Positions 24,968-36,925 of a stretch of DNA of 64,000 nt are shown piece after piece. The stretch comes from Ramazzottius varieornatus. Lineage: Eukaryota; Animalia; Tardigrada. The stretch is taken from positions 434,001-498,000 of the forward strand of contig BDGG01000002.1 in assembly GCA_001949185.1 (NCBI GenBank), in the 5' to 3' direction. Under the pieces are notes generated by a model. That model worked only from the letters and a program-made list of their open reading frames with translations. It made no database searches and was not told where the DNA came from. Position 1 is the stretch's first letter, and the number at the start of each line of letters is the position of its first letter. Position numbers and translations under genes: made by a program.

Positions 24968-26014
24968 CTAACAGTGCAGGCAGGTTTTTAATGCTGCTCT
25001 GAAACTGGGGATGGAAAACACCAGCAACAATGGATCGGAGACCGCACTGAGCGCATACAAGGCCCACAGTACAAGGTACGTGCTTCTGGACTGGATACCG
25101 AAAGGCACCAGACTGGAGTAAACTTGCGATGGTAAGAGCGTGCAGGTTAAACTAATGATCAGTAACGTCAACGTCAAGAAGTGGGCGTCTTTGTTTTGCT
25201 TGTTTCGACTTGGGTTTTCTGCTGGGCGATTTACAGGGTTCGCGTTCAGTGGGTTCGGAGGTTGTAATGGAATTAAAGGGGCCGCCACCACCACCAGGTT
25301 CTTCCTGGCAGCTTTTATCTTGATCCTCTTGCACAAGATGTAAAAGTAACAGGTCAGAATGGCAAGGATCGGTCCGCCGAAGAGGACCAGCTGTAATGCG
25401 TATGACATGGCGAAAGGAGCTGATCCTGATGGAGAACAGTTGGGGGCTTCGATGGTTATGTTGCGGCTATTCTTGACGACCGCATCCACCACCATCCACG
25501 GTATAACGAAGACATGAATGTACAAAAAGGACACCGCGCAGATTTTAGCGATGGTCATCAGAGAAGTGCTTTGGTTGTAGTTTCTGTACGAGAATGGAGC
25601 GGCGATAGCCCATAGTCGGTTCAGAGCAATTAACGTATGGGTATTGAGGATGTGTGCACTTTCAACAAAGCGAGAGTACCGCAGAAAGATGCACATGCCC
25701 ACGGGGAAAGCAACATGAAGATAGACATCGTTGAACAGCTCGAACAAATGCTTCACCGCACTTTGGGCGATGTAGCCCACGCAAAGCTTGACAACGTAAC
25801 AGTTAAAGACAGTTTGACAAGACGTAAAGCGATAGAAGAGGTATGAAATAAACCCGTTGAAGAAGACCGTCACAAAATCGACGAGCAAGTAGTATATGGA
25901 CCGACTACTAAAACTGATTGATGCGCTGATATTTCCATGGTTGGTACGGTTGGGCAAGGTCATTGTCGAGTTGGAACAACCGGACGCTTCTGTCGAAAGA
26001 TTACCATGGCTCAT
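24968..26014 (-). CDS. Intronless divergent class A (rhodopsin-like) orphan GPCR
   Basis: 348-aa ORF with seven hydrophobic segments, N-glycosylation sequons in the N-terminus, TM3 Cys, IALNRLWAI (DRY-like), PFSYR, DPLLL (NPxxY-like). Confidence 0.85.
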   Translation of the reverse strand: MSHGNLSTEASGCSNSTMTLPNRTNHGNISASISFSSRSIYYLLVDFVTVFFNGFISYLFYRFTSCQTVFNCYVVKLCVGYIAQSAVKHLFELFNDVYLHVAFPVGMCIFLRYSRFVESAHILNTHTLIALNRLWAIAAPFSYRNYNQSTSLMTIAKICAVSFLYIHVFVIPWMVVDAVVKNSRNITIEAPNCSPSGSAPFAMSYALQLVLFGGPILAILTCYFYILCKRIKIKAARKNLVVVAAPLIPLQPPNPLNANPVNRPAENPSRNKQNKDAHFLTLTLLIISLTCTLLPSQVYSSLVPFGIQSRSTYLVLWALYALSAVSDPLLLVFSIPSFRAALKTCLHC

Positions 26015-26140
26015 GATAATGGCTCAAAGGTCTGTTAGCGTTACGTCGGCACAAACAGAATTTCATCGAAATGAATGACTACTGGTCTTTAGGGAGAAAA
26101 GTCTTGGGTTTGCGTCTTTCGCGTTCAGCAACGGCTGGTA

Positions 26141-28106
26141 CAGTGTACGCCAATATGGTCACCCGAAACTGGGCGGAGTTTTTGGGCGTCAGCCAAGCCG
26201 CAGACGACCAGTTAAAAACCAGGAAAAGCGATCTGGTTGATTAGACATGGTTGATTAAACGTAAATAGGCACAGCTGATTGCTAATGAACCTGTTGCGCA
26301 ACAGCCGGTAGTGCGATATACTGAGCTGTATTACCGAGCGATCCTTTCGGCTCCAGATCCTTTCGGTCGCAAATTCTGATATCTTCTCGTGAATTCAAGA
26401 TGGTTCGTGGTATACCAGTGGACCCAACCCTTGTCAGCGTTGTTTTTAAGTTGTTTTCAGAGAAAAACAAGAATCTGAGTGCTGTTGGGCGTGTGATGGG
26501 AAAAGACCACAAGTGGGTGAAGAACGTCATCGAGAATTATGATCCCGAAACCAAGAAGCGGAAAGTGGTGAAACCCAAGGGACGACCTCGTATCACGAGC
26601 GGGGAGCAGGACGCCAAAATGCTGGGGCTCGTTCAGGCAAAGCGGGAGCTCAGTGCGGCCAAGATCGCCGTCGAAGCTGGACTCGCCCACCGGACGTTGC
26701 TGAATCGGCTTCGTGAGTTTGAAACTCGTCGATCCAAAGCTGTTCTCGACGAGTTAACCCAGGAGCACAAAGACAATCGGGTATTCTGGTGCCTGTTCCA
26801 GCGTGAACAACTCCTGGAAAACCCCACCCTGTTCCATGATGTGGGTTTTAGTGACGAGGTTCGTTTCAACTTGCACGGTGGTAAGATCGAGGTAGATAAT
26901 ATTAACCTTCTGAAAATCAATTCGTTTAACATTCTAAATTCATGAATCTCTGCTCTCGAAATATTAAGATCTTCGAGAAGCAAGTTTGTCATTCGAAACC
27001 AGTTTTCAATTGCTTGGTCAATTGTTTAAGGCTTTCGTCGAAAACGCAAGGTGCCTGTTAGATTTAACACGTTAACGCGTTTAATGAATCTGATAAATTC
27101 GTTATACTTATCACTTATGATTGTAGTGCTCGTACTTGAAAGAGGACCACCGTCACGATAAAGACTTGCAAGTCGCCGTAGCTACGCGCATCAAAGGCGG
27201 GATAATGTTGTGGGGTGCCATCACAGCATGTGGACCTGTAGCGTTAATTCGAGTTGACGGTCGAATGGATTCGGGTGCCTACGAAGACGTTTTGTTCGAG
27301 CGACGACTTCCGTATCTTGAGAAGCATGGTCGGGATTTGGTGTTCCAGCAAGACAAGTGTCCAGTGCACACCTCTAGACGGATGGGTTAATTTTTCTGGC
27401 GAGAAGGAACAGAAGTAAGTACGCTTTTCATTAAACAGTATTTTAGTATTTCTGTTTTCAATTTTCAAATTCACTAGAGCAGACCAATCGGTTGTTGAAT
27501 CGAGCGAAAACGTTGCGGAAGGGTGTTAGGCGCGAAGGTGGATGAGCGGACTCATTCAAAGTTTGTTTCTCGTAAAACAATAGTGCTTTTTATCTGATAC
27601 GCCCATGTTACACAATATATCTTGTTTTTGGATAAACATAAGTACACAAATTTTTCGTAATTCTTTTAGGTGTTGACATGGCCGTCTAGATCGCCAGACC
27701 TCAATGTCATCGAGAATGTCTGGGGAAAAATGAATATGTATATCTGCGATCGAAGACCGAAAGATCTTGAGGAGCTTGACACTCTAATTCAGGAAGCATG
27801 GAAGGTAATTGTTACTCCCGAGTACTGCAGCAACCTGGTGAGCTCGATGTACAGCAGAATGACTGAGTGTATCAGCAACTCCGGTGCTCTCATCCCTTAC
27901 TGAACTCATTTCATTTTCGGTTGTCTTTCGTGTTTTACCTCATGAGATTTCCTGTTTTATGGTATACGTTTCTGTTTTACTGTTAGTGTTCTGCTCATTG
28001 TAAAGTAAATAAATCCAGCAGTTGGCTGTTGTTCATTGGTTGTCGGCGTTGGGGTTAACGTCCAAAAACTCCGCCCAGTTTCGGGTGACCATATTGGCGT
28101 ACACTG
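26141..28106 (+). mobile_element. Tc1-family (DD34E) DNA transposon, full length
   Basis: 45-bp perfect TIRs cagtgtacgccaatatggtcacccgaaactgggcggagtttttgg, TA TSD on both sides, transposase inside. Confidence 0.95.
26400..27903 (+). pseudogene. Tc1 transposase, 3 exons, one in-frame TAA
   Basis: Exons 26400-26891, 27127-27414, 27670-27903. GRPR, FSDE, MLWGAI, FQQD, WPSRSPDLNVIENVW. D-to-E spacing is 34 when TAA 27388-27390 is counted as a codon. Confidence 0.85.
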
Positions 28107-29341
28107 TATATACTGCAATTAAATGCGGGGAAAACTCTTATCCTTCTTAAGTCCATGAGGGAATCACTTCCACCTGAGCTCGAGTGAGATTGGAAGCCTG
28201 GCACCTGCAACAATTGCAGACGATGTTTCGGGTGCTCCATAGACCGGTTATAATCGGCCTGGGGGTACGGGTGTTTGGCTAAAATGAGCTAGATCTTTTA
28301 ACGACGTCAGCTCAAGCTGGAAGTTATCAAGATAGGCACACCGGTAATTGCGAGCACTGCAAAAGTCTTCTGCGCGTACGGATTGATGTAATTCGGAGAA
28401 AAGAGGTGTGCCACAGGGTACGGTAAGATAATCTGCACACGCAGCCCAGCCCTAACATAAAGTTTTCCGAATACATTTGACCGACAGGAAGTGCAAGGGG
28501 GATACTGACCTGTGAGTTGGTGTAGGGAAATTACAGCTTGACCGAGTTTGCCCTTTTATTCTATCAATTTAGAGTAAGGTTTGAATAAATATTCCTCGCT
28601 ACCGGACGTAAAAATTTGTATCGAGGTGTTCATCGGGAGTTCTACGGATACTTTGCCTTATACTTTGAGCCGATATTCTTGGGCATTTTGCCCTTTTCAG
28701 GAAAACCTTTGCTACAAAACCTTTGCTACAAAACCTGGCTTTGACCACTGCTTCACCGAGCTTCGATTGAGGGCAAAGATTACCTTGCGTTCCAGTTGTC
28801 GACAATCCGACTTTTCCCGGCGGTCGCTGTTCTGAAGGATTTATACGAGGGTCCTTGGACGTGCAGAGACCATTTATGCACCGAGTATCATAAAATTTAT
28901 GTGCACGTTTCATGATGTCACATTTCGCACATTTTCATGCATCTAGCCTTCATGGCGGGCTAGTGTATCGAAAAAGGGAGAACAGGTAGCCGAAGTGTCT
29001 GTCAAGGGAATTACGCCGTTCCTCTCACTCGGGTCCACTCACCAAGAATAGGTCCAAGATAACAGAAAGATAAGGCGGTGCTTGACCTATAAACCGGGTT
29101 GGACAAAACCGGCCAAATTGCATTCTGGACGCCAGTAAAAAATCCAGGAACAGGGTTGCATAACTCGTACAGAGGCGTACAAGCAGCGTTCCGCAGGTGA
29201 ACTCTTCCCGTACTTCCGCATGACTTGCCAAACGCGCTCAACAAGCTCAGTGTAGCGAGCCTCAGGCGGTAGATACGGTCGGGAAGAGTTTACCTGCGGA
29301 ACACTGCGTAGAAGTCTGAGCTGATGACCTAATGCTTCTTG

Positions 29342-29905
29342 TAGAGACGGGATAAGTGTGATTAAGTTCGGTTTGGTATATTTCAATTTGGTAAATCCTC
29401 ACACCGAATCGAAAATCTCGTTATGAAATCCACACCGATATTTTCGGTCTGGTAAGTCGTCACACCGAACTTTCGACTTACCAAACCGAATCACACCGAA
29501 AATTCGGTAAACCAAAACATAAAAACATCTCTTGTCAACGAAAACACCTATGAAGCTAGCCCAAAACGAAGAGTTTGCAGGCTCTTGGTGTGTCTTCAGA
29601 TGGTAGAAGCGTTTTCCCACACCGCGTGGCTTGGCTAACTGGCACAGAATACCGTGAAAAAGCCGGAAGATTTCTCGATATTGTTAAAACATCTGTCAAA
29701 TTCTTATCTTTCCGGGTCTTTTTGTATGTTTTAATTTACCTAAAGATTTCGATTTCGTATCAATTTCGTGCGAACGCACACAGAAATCGATTTTTCGGTA
29801 TGGGGCTCAAACCGATATTTTCAGTTTCGGTATTTTCTCACACCAAATCGAAAAGTTCGATTTAGTTTCGACAGATTTCGGTAAATCACACTTATCCCAT
29901 CTCTA
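29342..29905. mobile_element. Non-autonomous hAT element
   Basis: 22-bp TIR tagaga(c/t)gggataagtgtgatt, perfect 8-bp TSD gcttcttg (29334-29341 and 29906-29913), many internal accga/tcggt motifs. Confidence 0.9.
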
Positions 29906-30191
29906 GCTTCTTGATCAGGAATCTCTACTTGGGTAACTCCGTGACAATCTTGTTATTGGTCAATGTTCCGGAATTTAGGCTGCCGCAACCCACTTCTCCA
30001 GCTCGGAGGCTGGAAAGGTAGATAATTTTGCGTTCTATCTTCGTCGACCGATCGGTCATTTTCAGTTGGATTCTGGATTTCGGATGCTTTTGACTTGTGG
30101 AATGTGGACTCACTGGACTGTTTGAAGTTCGAAGCTTATCAGAGCTGGCTGATTCCCTAAGGACTGAGTACCATCCTCGCGGGAGTGAAAC

Positions 30192-31311
30192 ATGGAAGGA
30201 GATACAGCAATGGAACAAGTCGGTAAAGTCGGGCTCGCGCCGGGGAAATGCAAAATCTGCCGAGGAAAGGCGGTCGATGTCTTCTTCGGTATACCCTCAT
30301 GCAAAACCTGCCGGGTAAGTGGCTGTAATTTTACTTATCAAGCTCAGCTACCATATTCCCCTGTGCTGGCCCGGTTGTCTTACGAAGTGAGTTGTACTTT
30401 TCAGGGTATCTTCAAACGTGGTCTGAAGAAGAAATTTGAATGTGTAGCAGAAGTAGAAGGTATCTGTGATGTAAAGAAGACTGCGCCTCTCCAGTGTAAA
30501 GCCTGTATCTACGCAAAATGTGTACGGAAAGGAATGGTGGCGAAAGGTAAACCTCGCAGATAATAGATACGGTAGATCGAACCCACAAGTCTTTGACAGA
30601 GCGTCAGCGCATGACGTCACTGTGGGCTGTTTTATGTTAACCATGCTGATGCTGAAGTTTTGCGCGAGTTAAGCTGAAAATTTTTTTCGGTAATCCATCT
30701 GTAAATTTTCCTGATCGTTTGTAGAGCCTAGCGGAACGTCTTCTGCCACGAAGCCGAAACCAAAGAAACAAGAAAAGCTCAAGAAGCAAGAAAAGGAACC
30801 AAACGTAACGATGGGAGCTGAGGAAACCGCTGCGGAGAAGAAGTCGGCGAAGTCCATTGCGATGCAACCAGAGAGATTCTACCAAGTGGAAGCTGACTTG
30901 AAGTCGCTCTTCCACCACGAGGAGTCCACTAAGCCATTCTCTTTCTTCGACAGTGCCGCTGCTGAGGTAGAGGATGAATTCAGCCTGCCTATAGACTTCG
31001 GTGCGAAGAATTTCAGTGTCCAGACGGACGGCTTTTACGACGAAGCGGAAGAAAGGGACGTCGTGAGCCAATCAACAATCAACCGACCTTGGACCAATGC
31101 GCCATTCCAAAATACCCCACAGCGGGAAGACACCTTCTTTTTTACAGAAGACGACCCGAGAATCGAAAAAGGCTTACGATACTTCAGCATGACCAAGGAA
31201 GAGCTGGAGGAGAGTATCGAGATATGGAAGAAGATTCGCCCACAGCTGGCTGCTGACTTTAAGAAAATCAAGAAGCAAGCCAACCGGAAACGGAAAACTT
31301 TTGAGCGATAA
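30192..31311 (+). CDS. Nuclear-receptor-type C4 zinc finger spliced to a NOL8-like C-terminal region (283 aa, 3 exons)
   Basis: Exons 30192-30314, 30405-30546, 30725-31311 join in frame (852 nt). CKIC..SCKTCRGIFKR..C..C..CKAC..KC..KGM is an NR DBD pattern; ERFYQVEADLK..FSFFDS..FFFTEDDPRI..W..DFKK resembles the NOL8 C-terminus. Confidence 0.7.
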
Positions 31312-31609
31312 CTTTTTCCTGCTTTTGAATCTCGATACTTCCGCGTTGAATTCATTGCTTGAGGCAGGCCATGTTACAGAAATGTAAAAGTAGAAAACAA
31401 AAAAAATCAGATCAAAATGCTGGAGAGAAGTTCAAACACAAAAAAACGAAAATAAGCCGTGAATCAACAATCGCGTGCACTACAGTGTACAAACAAAACC
31501 TTGACCACTGTCAAAAGTTATCAGGAAGACGAGACCTGAAGTTTTAAAAAATCATCGGACTGATTTAAAAGCTGTTGTAGAAGAAGTTGAAATAGCGAAA
31601 CTCAAAACG

Positions 31610-33962
31610 TCAAACGGAATCGGCCGGACTTTGGAATTCGGCCAGAGCGCGAATGGGTGTCAGGACTTTCTTCTGCGAACCTCGTCGCACCTTTCCTCTG
31701 GCTTCCTCGGGCTTCTCTCGCTTGACCAACGGCTTCTTGTCGGGTGCACGCATCTTCCACACGACGATCGAGGGAACTTTTCCGCCCATTTTACTCGTAT
31801 ACTTGGTGCTGGCCACGAATGTGGCTTTAACGGTCAGAACCACCGCGTTCATAAGATTCTTGGCTGCTTGAATCAGACTGGTCGCGCTATCCAACCCTCA
31901 AATCACAACCGAGAGATTAAACAGATGTCTTATTGCAACAAGATTAGGCTCGTATTTCAATCGCTCCTTTTCAGAAAATTAGATCTAAATTAGATATTTT
32001 CAAGACCTCTGCCAGCGAACCTGACAACACAGTTCTTCCGAAGTGGCGCGTATTTTCGGTGTTACAGACTGGAGATGCGCGCTAATTGGAAGAACAATCT
32101 TACACAGTTCGATCGCTTTCTAAAGTAGCGCAAATTCTTAGAAATGCTAGCCGGAAGGATGCGCCAGTTGCGAAGACGATTTCGCCCAGTTTGTTTACCC
32201 GGGACGGTAGGACCAATTTCAGTTACATCTCTAGAAACGCTGAAATATCTTACCGGAAATGACCATCTCGCCACTGATATTCTGCACATCAGCTTTGACT
32301 TTGCTGGTGATGTTGAGCTGGTGGCAGAAGAGGTTGATGCGTTTCAGGTAGGCGAGGAGGTCGTTCTTGGTGCTGGACTCTGGGCACTGCTCAGCAATCT
32401 GCTTGGCCAACTTGTCCAACTTGGTCCCGTTCTCCGAAATCTTCTTGGCGGCGTTGATCAGGTCCATGGTGGTCTTGAGCGGACCCTTACCGCGGGTAAA
32501 GTCCGTCATCTCCATCATGATCATGCACATGTGCTTGGCCAGGACGATAATGTCGTTGCCCGTGTCGTCCCACTTGGCCACTTCCTTGTCGAACTTGCTC
32601 TTCTCGATTTTGAAAATTTCGACCTGTCAACACGAAAATTGTGAGTCAGACATTCGCGAGAACCCACCAACGTTTTCTGGAATGCAGGAGACGACCTTCA
32701 CTAGCTTAAAGCCACTTGCATACACGAGCTCTATGGTAGGTGTACGACGGCGTGCATGCAGAAGCGTGAAAGAGGCCACATCTGCACAAACCTGCATACA
32801 TCCGTGCACAGTAAGTGTATAGAACAGTGTATGCAGGTAACCGAAAGAAGCTCGTTCCAGCGTAATGTACACAGTTTGATGACGGGAAGAGGATCTTACC
32901 TGGGCGGCGATCTTCTGCTTGTCTTCTTCAGGGAGTTGTATCATCCTGGCTCGAGCATTGTTGGCATCGGCGTGATCCTCTCCGTATCGTTGTGGTCCAC
33001 CGTTACCTCTGCTCTCGTAAATCTCCTCTTCCTCCAGCTCGCTCTCCGACTCGATTTCTTCCGCACTGCGTCCCATCAGAACGGCTTTACGGACATCCCT
33101 GATGCCTTGGTAGACCATTCTGGCCGACTCGATGAATTCGTTATCGTTCACCACCTTGTAGTTCTTGGTGGCGAATGCGTCGACGGCCAGATGGACCCGC
33201 TGAATGAAATTGAGGATGACGTGGTCGCGAAGCATGGCGGCGGCATCGGTCACGCGGCTCTTGTACTTATTATCTGCGAACGTAAACGAACATAATGAAT
33301 TAGAAAATTCTGATCCACTGCCACGGGAGCTCGGCGAACAAACTCTATAAAAGTGTTCCATCAGGTTGCGCATGCGGTCGGTGTTCTTAGCTGACACCGT
33401 GCGCCACCTGGAAAACGCACTGTTCCAGCTTGGTTTCTGTCCCAAGTGGCGCACCTTTCACTGTTATCAGCTGGAAGCATGCGCCACCTGATAAAGCGAT
33501 CGTGTCGAGTTTGTCTGGCGAGCTTTCAGATCTCTGCAATAATTTGTAATTTCCAACTGAGCCCAGAAAGATAAAGTACTAAAATCGAACAGTTCTTCAC
33601 TTATTCTCGTGCCAATGTGAAATCCAGCGAACCTTCGTAGTTTTCCATTTCAGCTTCGACGACATTGCATACTCTTGCCGTTCTTCCCCGAATGGCTCCA
33701 GCAGTGCGGTCCAGTGTGTCCGCATCACGTTCTTGGAGAGCCAGAACGCACTTGTTGACGTCTTCGAGAATGTGGCTTTCGGAGACGGCGAGGAAGTCAT
33801 CGATGGTGGTGATGTCGTCGACGGCTTCCGTCAGGATGCGCACTTGGCTCTCCCAAGCTGCTTTGAAGGCGTCCATGTTCTCCTGGGCAATCTTGGACTT
33901 TGGTCGAGCAGCCAGTATCCTGGCTGCGTTAATCACCTGAAAACACCACACTTTCGTCCACC

Positions 33963-34001
<39 letters not shown>

Positions 34002-36925
34002 TCTGACACACACACACACACACTCTGTCAACCTAAGTTGCGAAATGTGGTTTTAATAAGAAAAAAATGTTCAAATCTTACCTGTGGGCACATGGCTTCG
34101 ATCTGGGCAGCCGCATAACGAACCATGCGGACGCCATCCTCCTGTTCGGACATGGAGCAGGCCAAATGAGCGACCTCCACCAGCTTGTTGGCATGCTCCG
34201 AGAAGACTTGTGCGTACTCGTCCACCTCTTTTTGGTCCCCGGCTTGTGCTGCCTCGATTAGAACTAGCAAAGGCACGTTGGTCTCCAGGAACGAGTCGGA
34301 GACATGGTCCACGACCGCTTTGCGCAGCTGACGGCGCAGGTCGTGCGTCTTGCGCGTCATATGCTCAATGGCATATTCCAAATCATCGGCTGGTTTCTTG
34401 CCTTTGATCTGCAAACAGAAGAATCCAATTTAAGAAAAAGTCAACCAACCGAGAGCATCCACAAAAACTTAAAATTCCGGCAGAGAACAAGAAAAACACC
34501 GAAACAGAAGATTTTTCATGCACCAACATACACGCCCACAGCAAGACACATACCGCACCCTGTATGTAGGTACATGAAGCTCCCTTTCTAAGTTAAACGC
34601 GATAGAAACAAGAAAAGAAAGCGGGCTTACGTTGTCCATGTATTCGGTGAGAAGGTCTTGGAGTGCCTGCCGGACGGCATTGCATTCAGCGACGATACGT
34701 TCGCGGCGGTCGTCGCGCGTACACGAGGACTCGGCCATGAGGGCCGCCCCGCTGATTATACTTTCTAATCGCTCCTCCAACATTGGCCGGATGTGTGTGT
34801 CCGTGTATCGGTGCGGCTCCATCTGTACACGTTCCTGTAACCAGTAAGAAAGATAATCAGCGACCGCGCTCGTTCCCCACGCAAAACCTCAAAAGACAAT
34901 CAAAACAATATGCAAATTCAGCGACGTCAAAAAACTCTGTTCAGTTCTTCACTGACAAAGTCTATCATGCGAATCACAAAGCCAGAATTGCGCCAGAAAC
35001 TGAAATTCAATTAAAAGACTTCGCTTTCGTTGCTTCCTCTCAAGTACAAATATACATATGGGTCCACGCAAACGAACATAACAAGATTTGTTTCCCAAGT
35101 GGCGCACTCTTCCAGCCATAAACACTGAAAACGTGCGACACTTGAGCCAACAGCCTCGACAAGATCGCTTTTCCAAGTGGCACACATCTCCAGCCGACAA
35201 TACACATACAGTGCGGCACCTTAGCAATCTCGAGGAAATTCCTTGACGAACCCTTGTGTCTCAAAATGTTTGATATAATATCATTATTACTGTTACTTCT
35301 GCGCAAGTGAAGACACATTTTATAAAAAAAAAATTGTAATTCCATACATACATCGAACTCATCGAGTGCGGCAGCCAGTTCTCCCGGTCCTTCGTAGGAC
35401 ACTCCTCCCCCGCCGCGCTTCCCCTGCGCCACATCGGAAATGGTCCCTACCGCTTCGCAGACTTGCCTGAAAATGAAGTCTCGGTTCTCTCGCGCTTCGG
35501 GGAGTTCTGGATGACGTACATACGCCTAGAAGAAACAACTTCCATCCTCGTAAGTTCGTGATAGAAGAGCGTGGGCAAACTGTGAGGTACCTTGGAGGCC
35601 GTCAAAAGCATCAAGCTGTTCTTCTTCAGCATGGCTCGCGCCGAAGCCAGGTCGTCGCGCATGCGTGGATCCTTCAGCTCACGTTGTCGCAGGGCGGCCT
35701 TGACCGTCAGATCGCCCACCGTGCTGTTGAAGAGGTTGTAGTGATCGATCAGCTCTTGTTGACTGGTGGCGTTACGGAATCTCTCCAAGTTATGCTCCAC
35801 CTGCCAAAAGACACGAAGCTCGACATCACGGCATCTTGATCAACTGTCAACTCTCAAGTAAACACACAAACAATAACAACTTCAGAAAATATCGCCGTAG
35901 AAAATTCAGCTGTTTTCAATATTTGCGGCACGGCTCTGAGTTAGGTCCTCCACCTACTCAGGTTCGTGCCGCGGATAAATCTCGTACGGCACGATCCTTG
36001 TTCATGGCTCATTGGTGGCCGTGCCACGGATTGTTCATTTCTTACCACGTGCAAAGATCGGAGAAGTTTCTGAACGTCGACTTCGTCGGCCAGAATCAGC
36101 AGTCTGGTCACTGCGGAGAGAAGCGAGCGCGCTGCACGGACCATGTTGCCCCTCTTCGTGGTAGTACACGGATCGGCCACGAACTCTCTGGAAGCGGCGC
36201 TCATGATTTCCCCAGACTTTCTTACTTCATCCACGGCGGCCATCAGTTCGTTCCTCAACTCTGGGTTCTCGTTAGCGATCTCTTCGCCCTTGGCCACAAA
36301 GTTGGCCGTGGCGTGCTCCACAGTCTGGACGAGGACGGCGCCTCGCTTCGACTTACCCTTCTGTTGGTTCATTCCGCCTGCGTTCACCAGCGTTGTGACC
36401 TACAGTACGTACAGTAAAGAAAGCATCTGGGACGTGACCGACGTCGACAAATGACTGGAACTCGATTGTTTTCCCGAACACCGCACGCTTTCAGCCAGTA
36501 ACACCGTAAAACGTGCGCCACCCGGGAAAACGGCCAAACTGGAAAAGATCGATGCCAAGTGGCGCATCCATTACGCCAAGAACGCTGCAAATGTGCGCCA
36601 CTTGGAAGACGATCCTGTATAGTTTGTTTGCCAAGCAAGCTCCCATATACGTAGTGGTTTCCGGTTCACTGCGTTACTTGATGCTCCATGCTAGTTACAC
36701 CGCATCGATCGGGTCCTTTACAATCTTTCTCACATCACAAAGGCGACAATTGAGTATAAAGGAAGCTCATTGTGGAAAAGTAACCAGTTTGACCACTTTA
36801 GAGACGCTTACCTGAATCACCAACGGCTCCAATGTCTTCTCCACCGTCCTTGTACGGATTTCTAAACTCTTTGGATCCCACTTTAGCACTGAGGGCATTC
36901 CATTCCCGTTTCCATTCATGGTCAT
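31610..36925 (-). CDS. alpha-Cat: Alpha-catenin, multi-exon
   Basis: KWDPKSLEIRTRTVEKTLEPLV, RGNMVRAARSLLSAVTRLLILAD, LRKAVVDHVSDSFLETNVPL, KWDDTGNDIIVLAKHMCMIMMEMTDFTRGKGPLK, DSATSLIQAAKNLMNAVV. Confidence 0.97.
32030..32195. repeat. Palindromic module array, 2 degenerate units (alpha-catenin intron)
   Basis: aagtggcgcg..tgcgcgctaattgg; aagtagcgca..tgcgccagttg. Confidence 0.7.
33355..33515. repeat. Palindromic module array, 2 units (alpha-catenin intron)
   Basis: Arms at 33361, 33399, 33442, 33479. Confidence 0.85.
33963..34023. repeat. (TA)n(CA)n microsatellite in alpha-catenin intron
   Basis: Directly visible TA then CA runs with one interruption. Confidence 0.95.
35070..35225. repeat. 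Palindromic module array, 2 units (alpha-catenin intron)
   Basis: Arms at 35095, 35133, 35173, 35211. Confidence 0.85.
36455..36630. repeat. Palindromic module array, 2 units (alpha-catenin intron)
   Basis: Arms at 36474 (degenerate), 36513, 36555, 36593. Confidence 0.85.
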
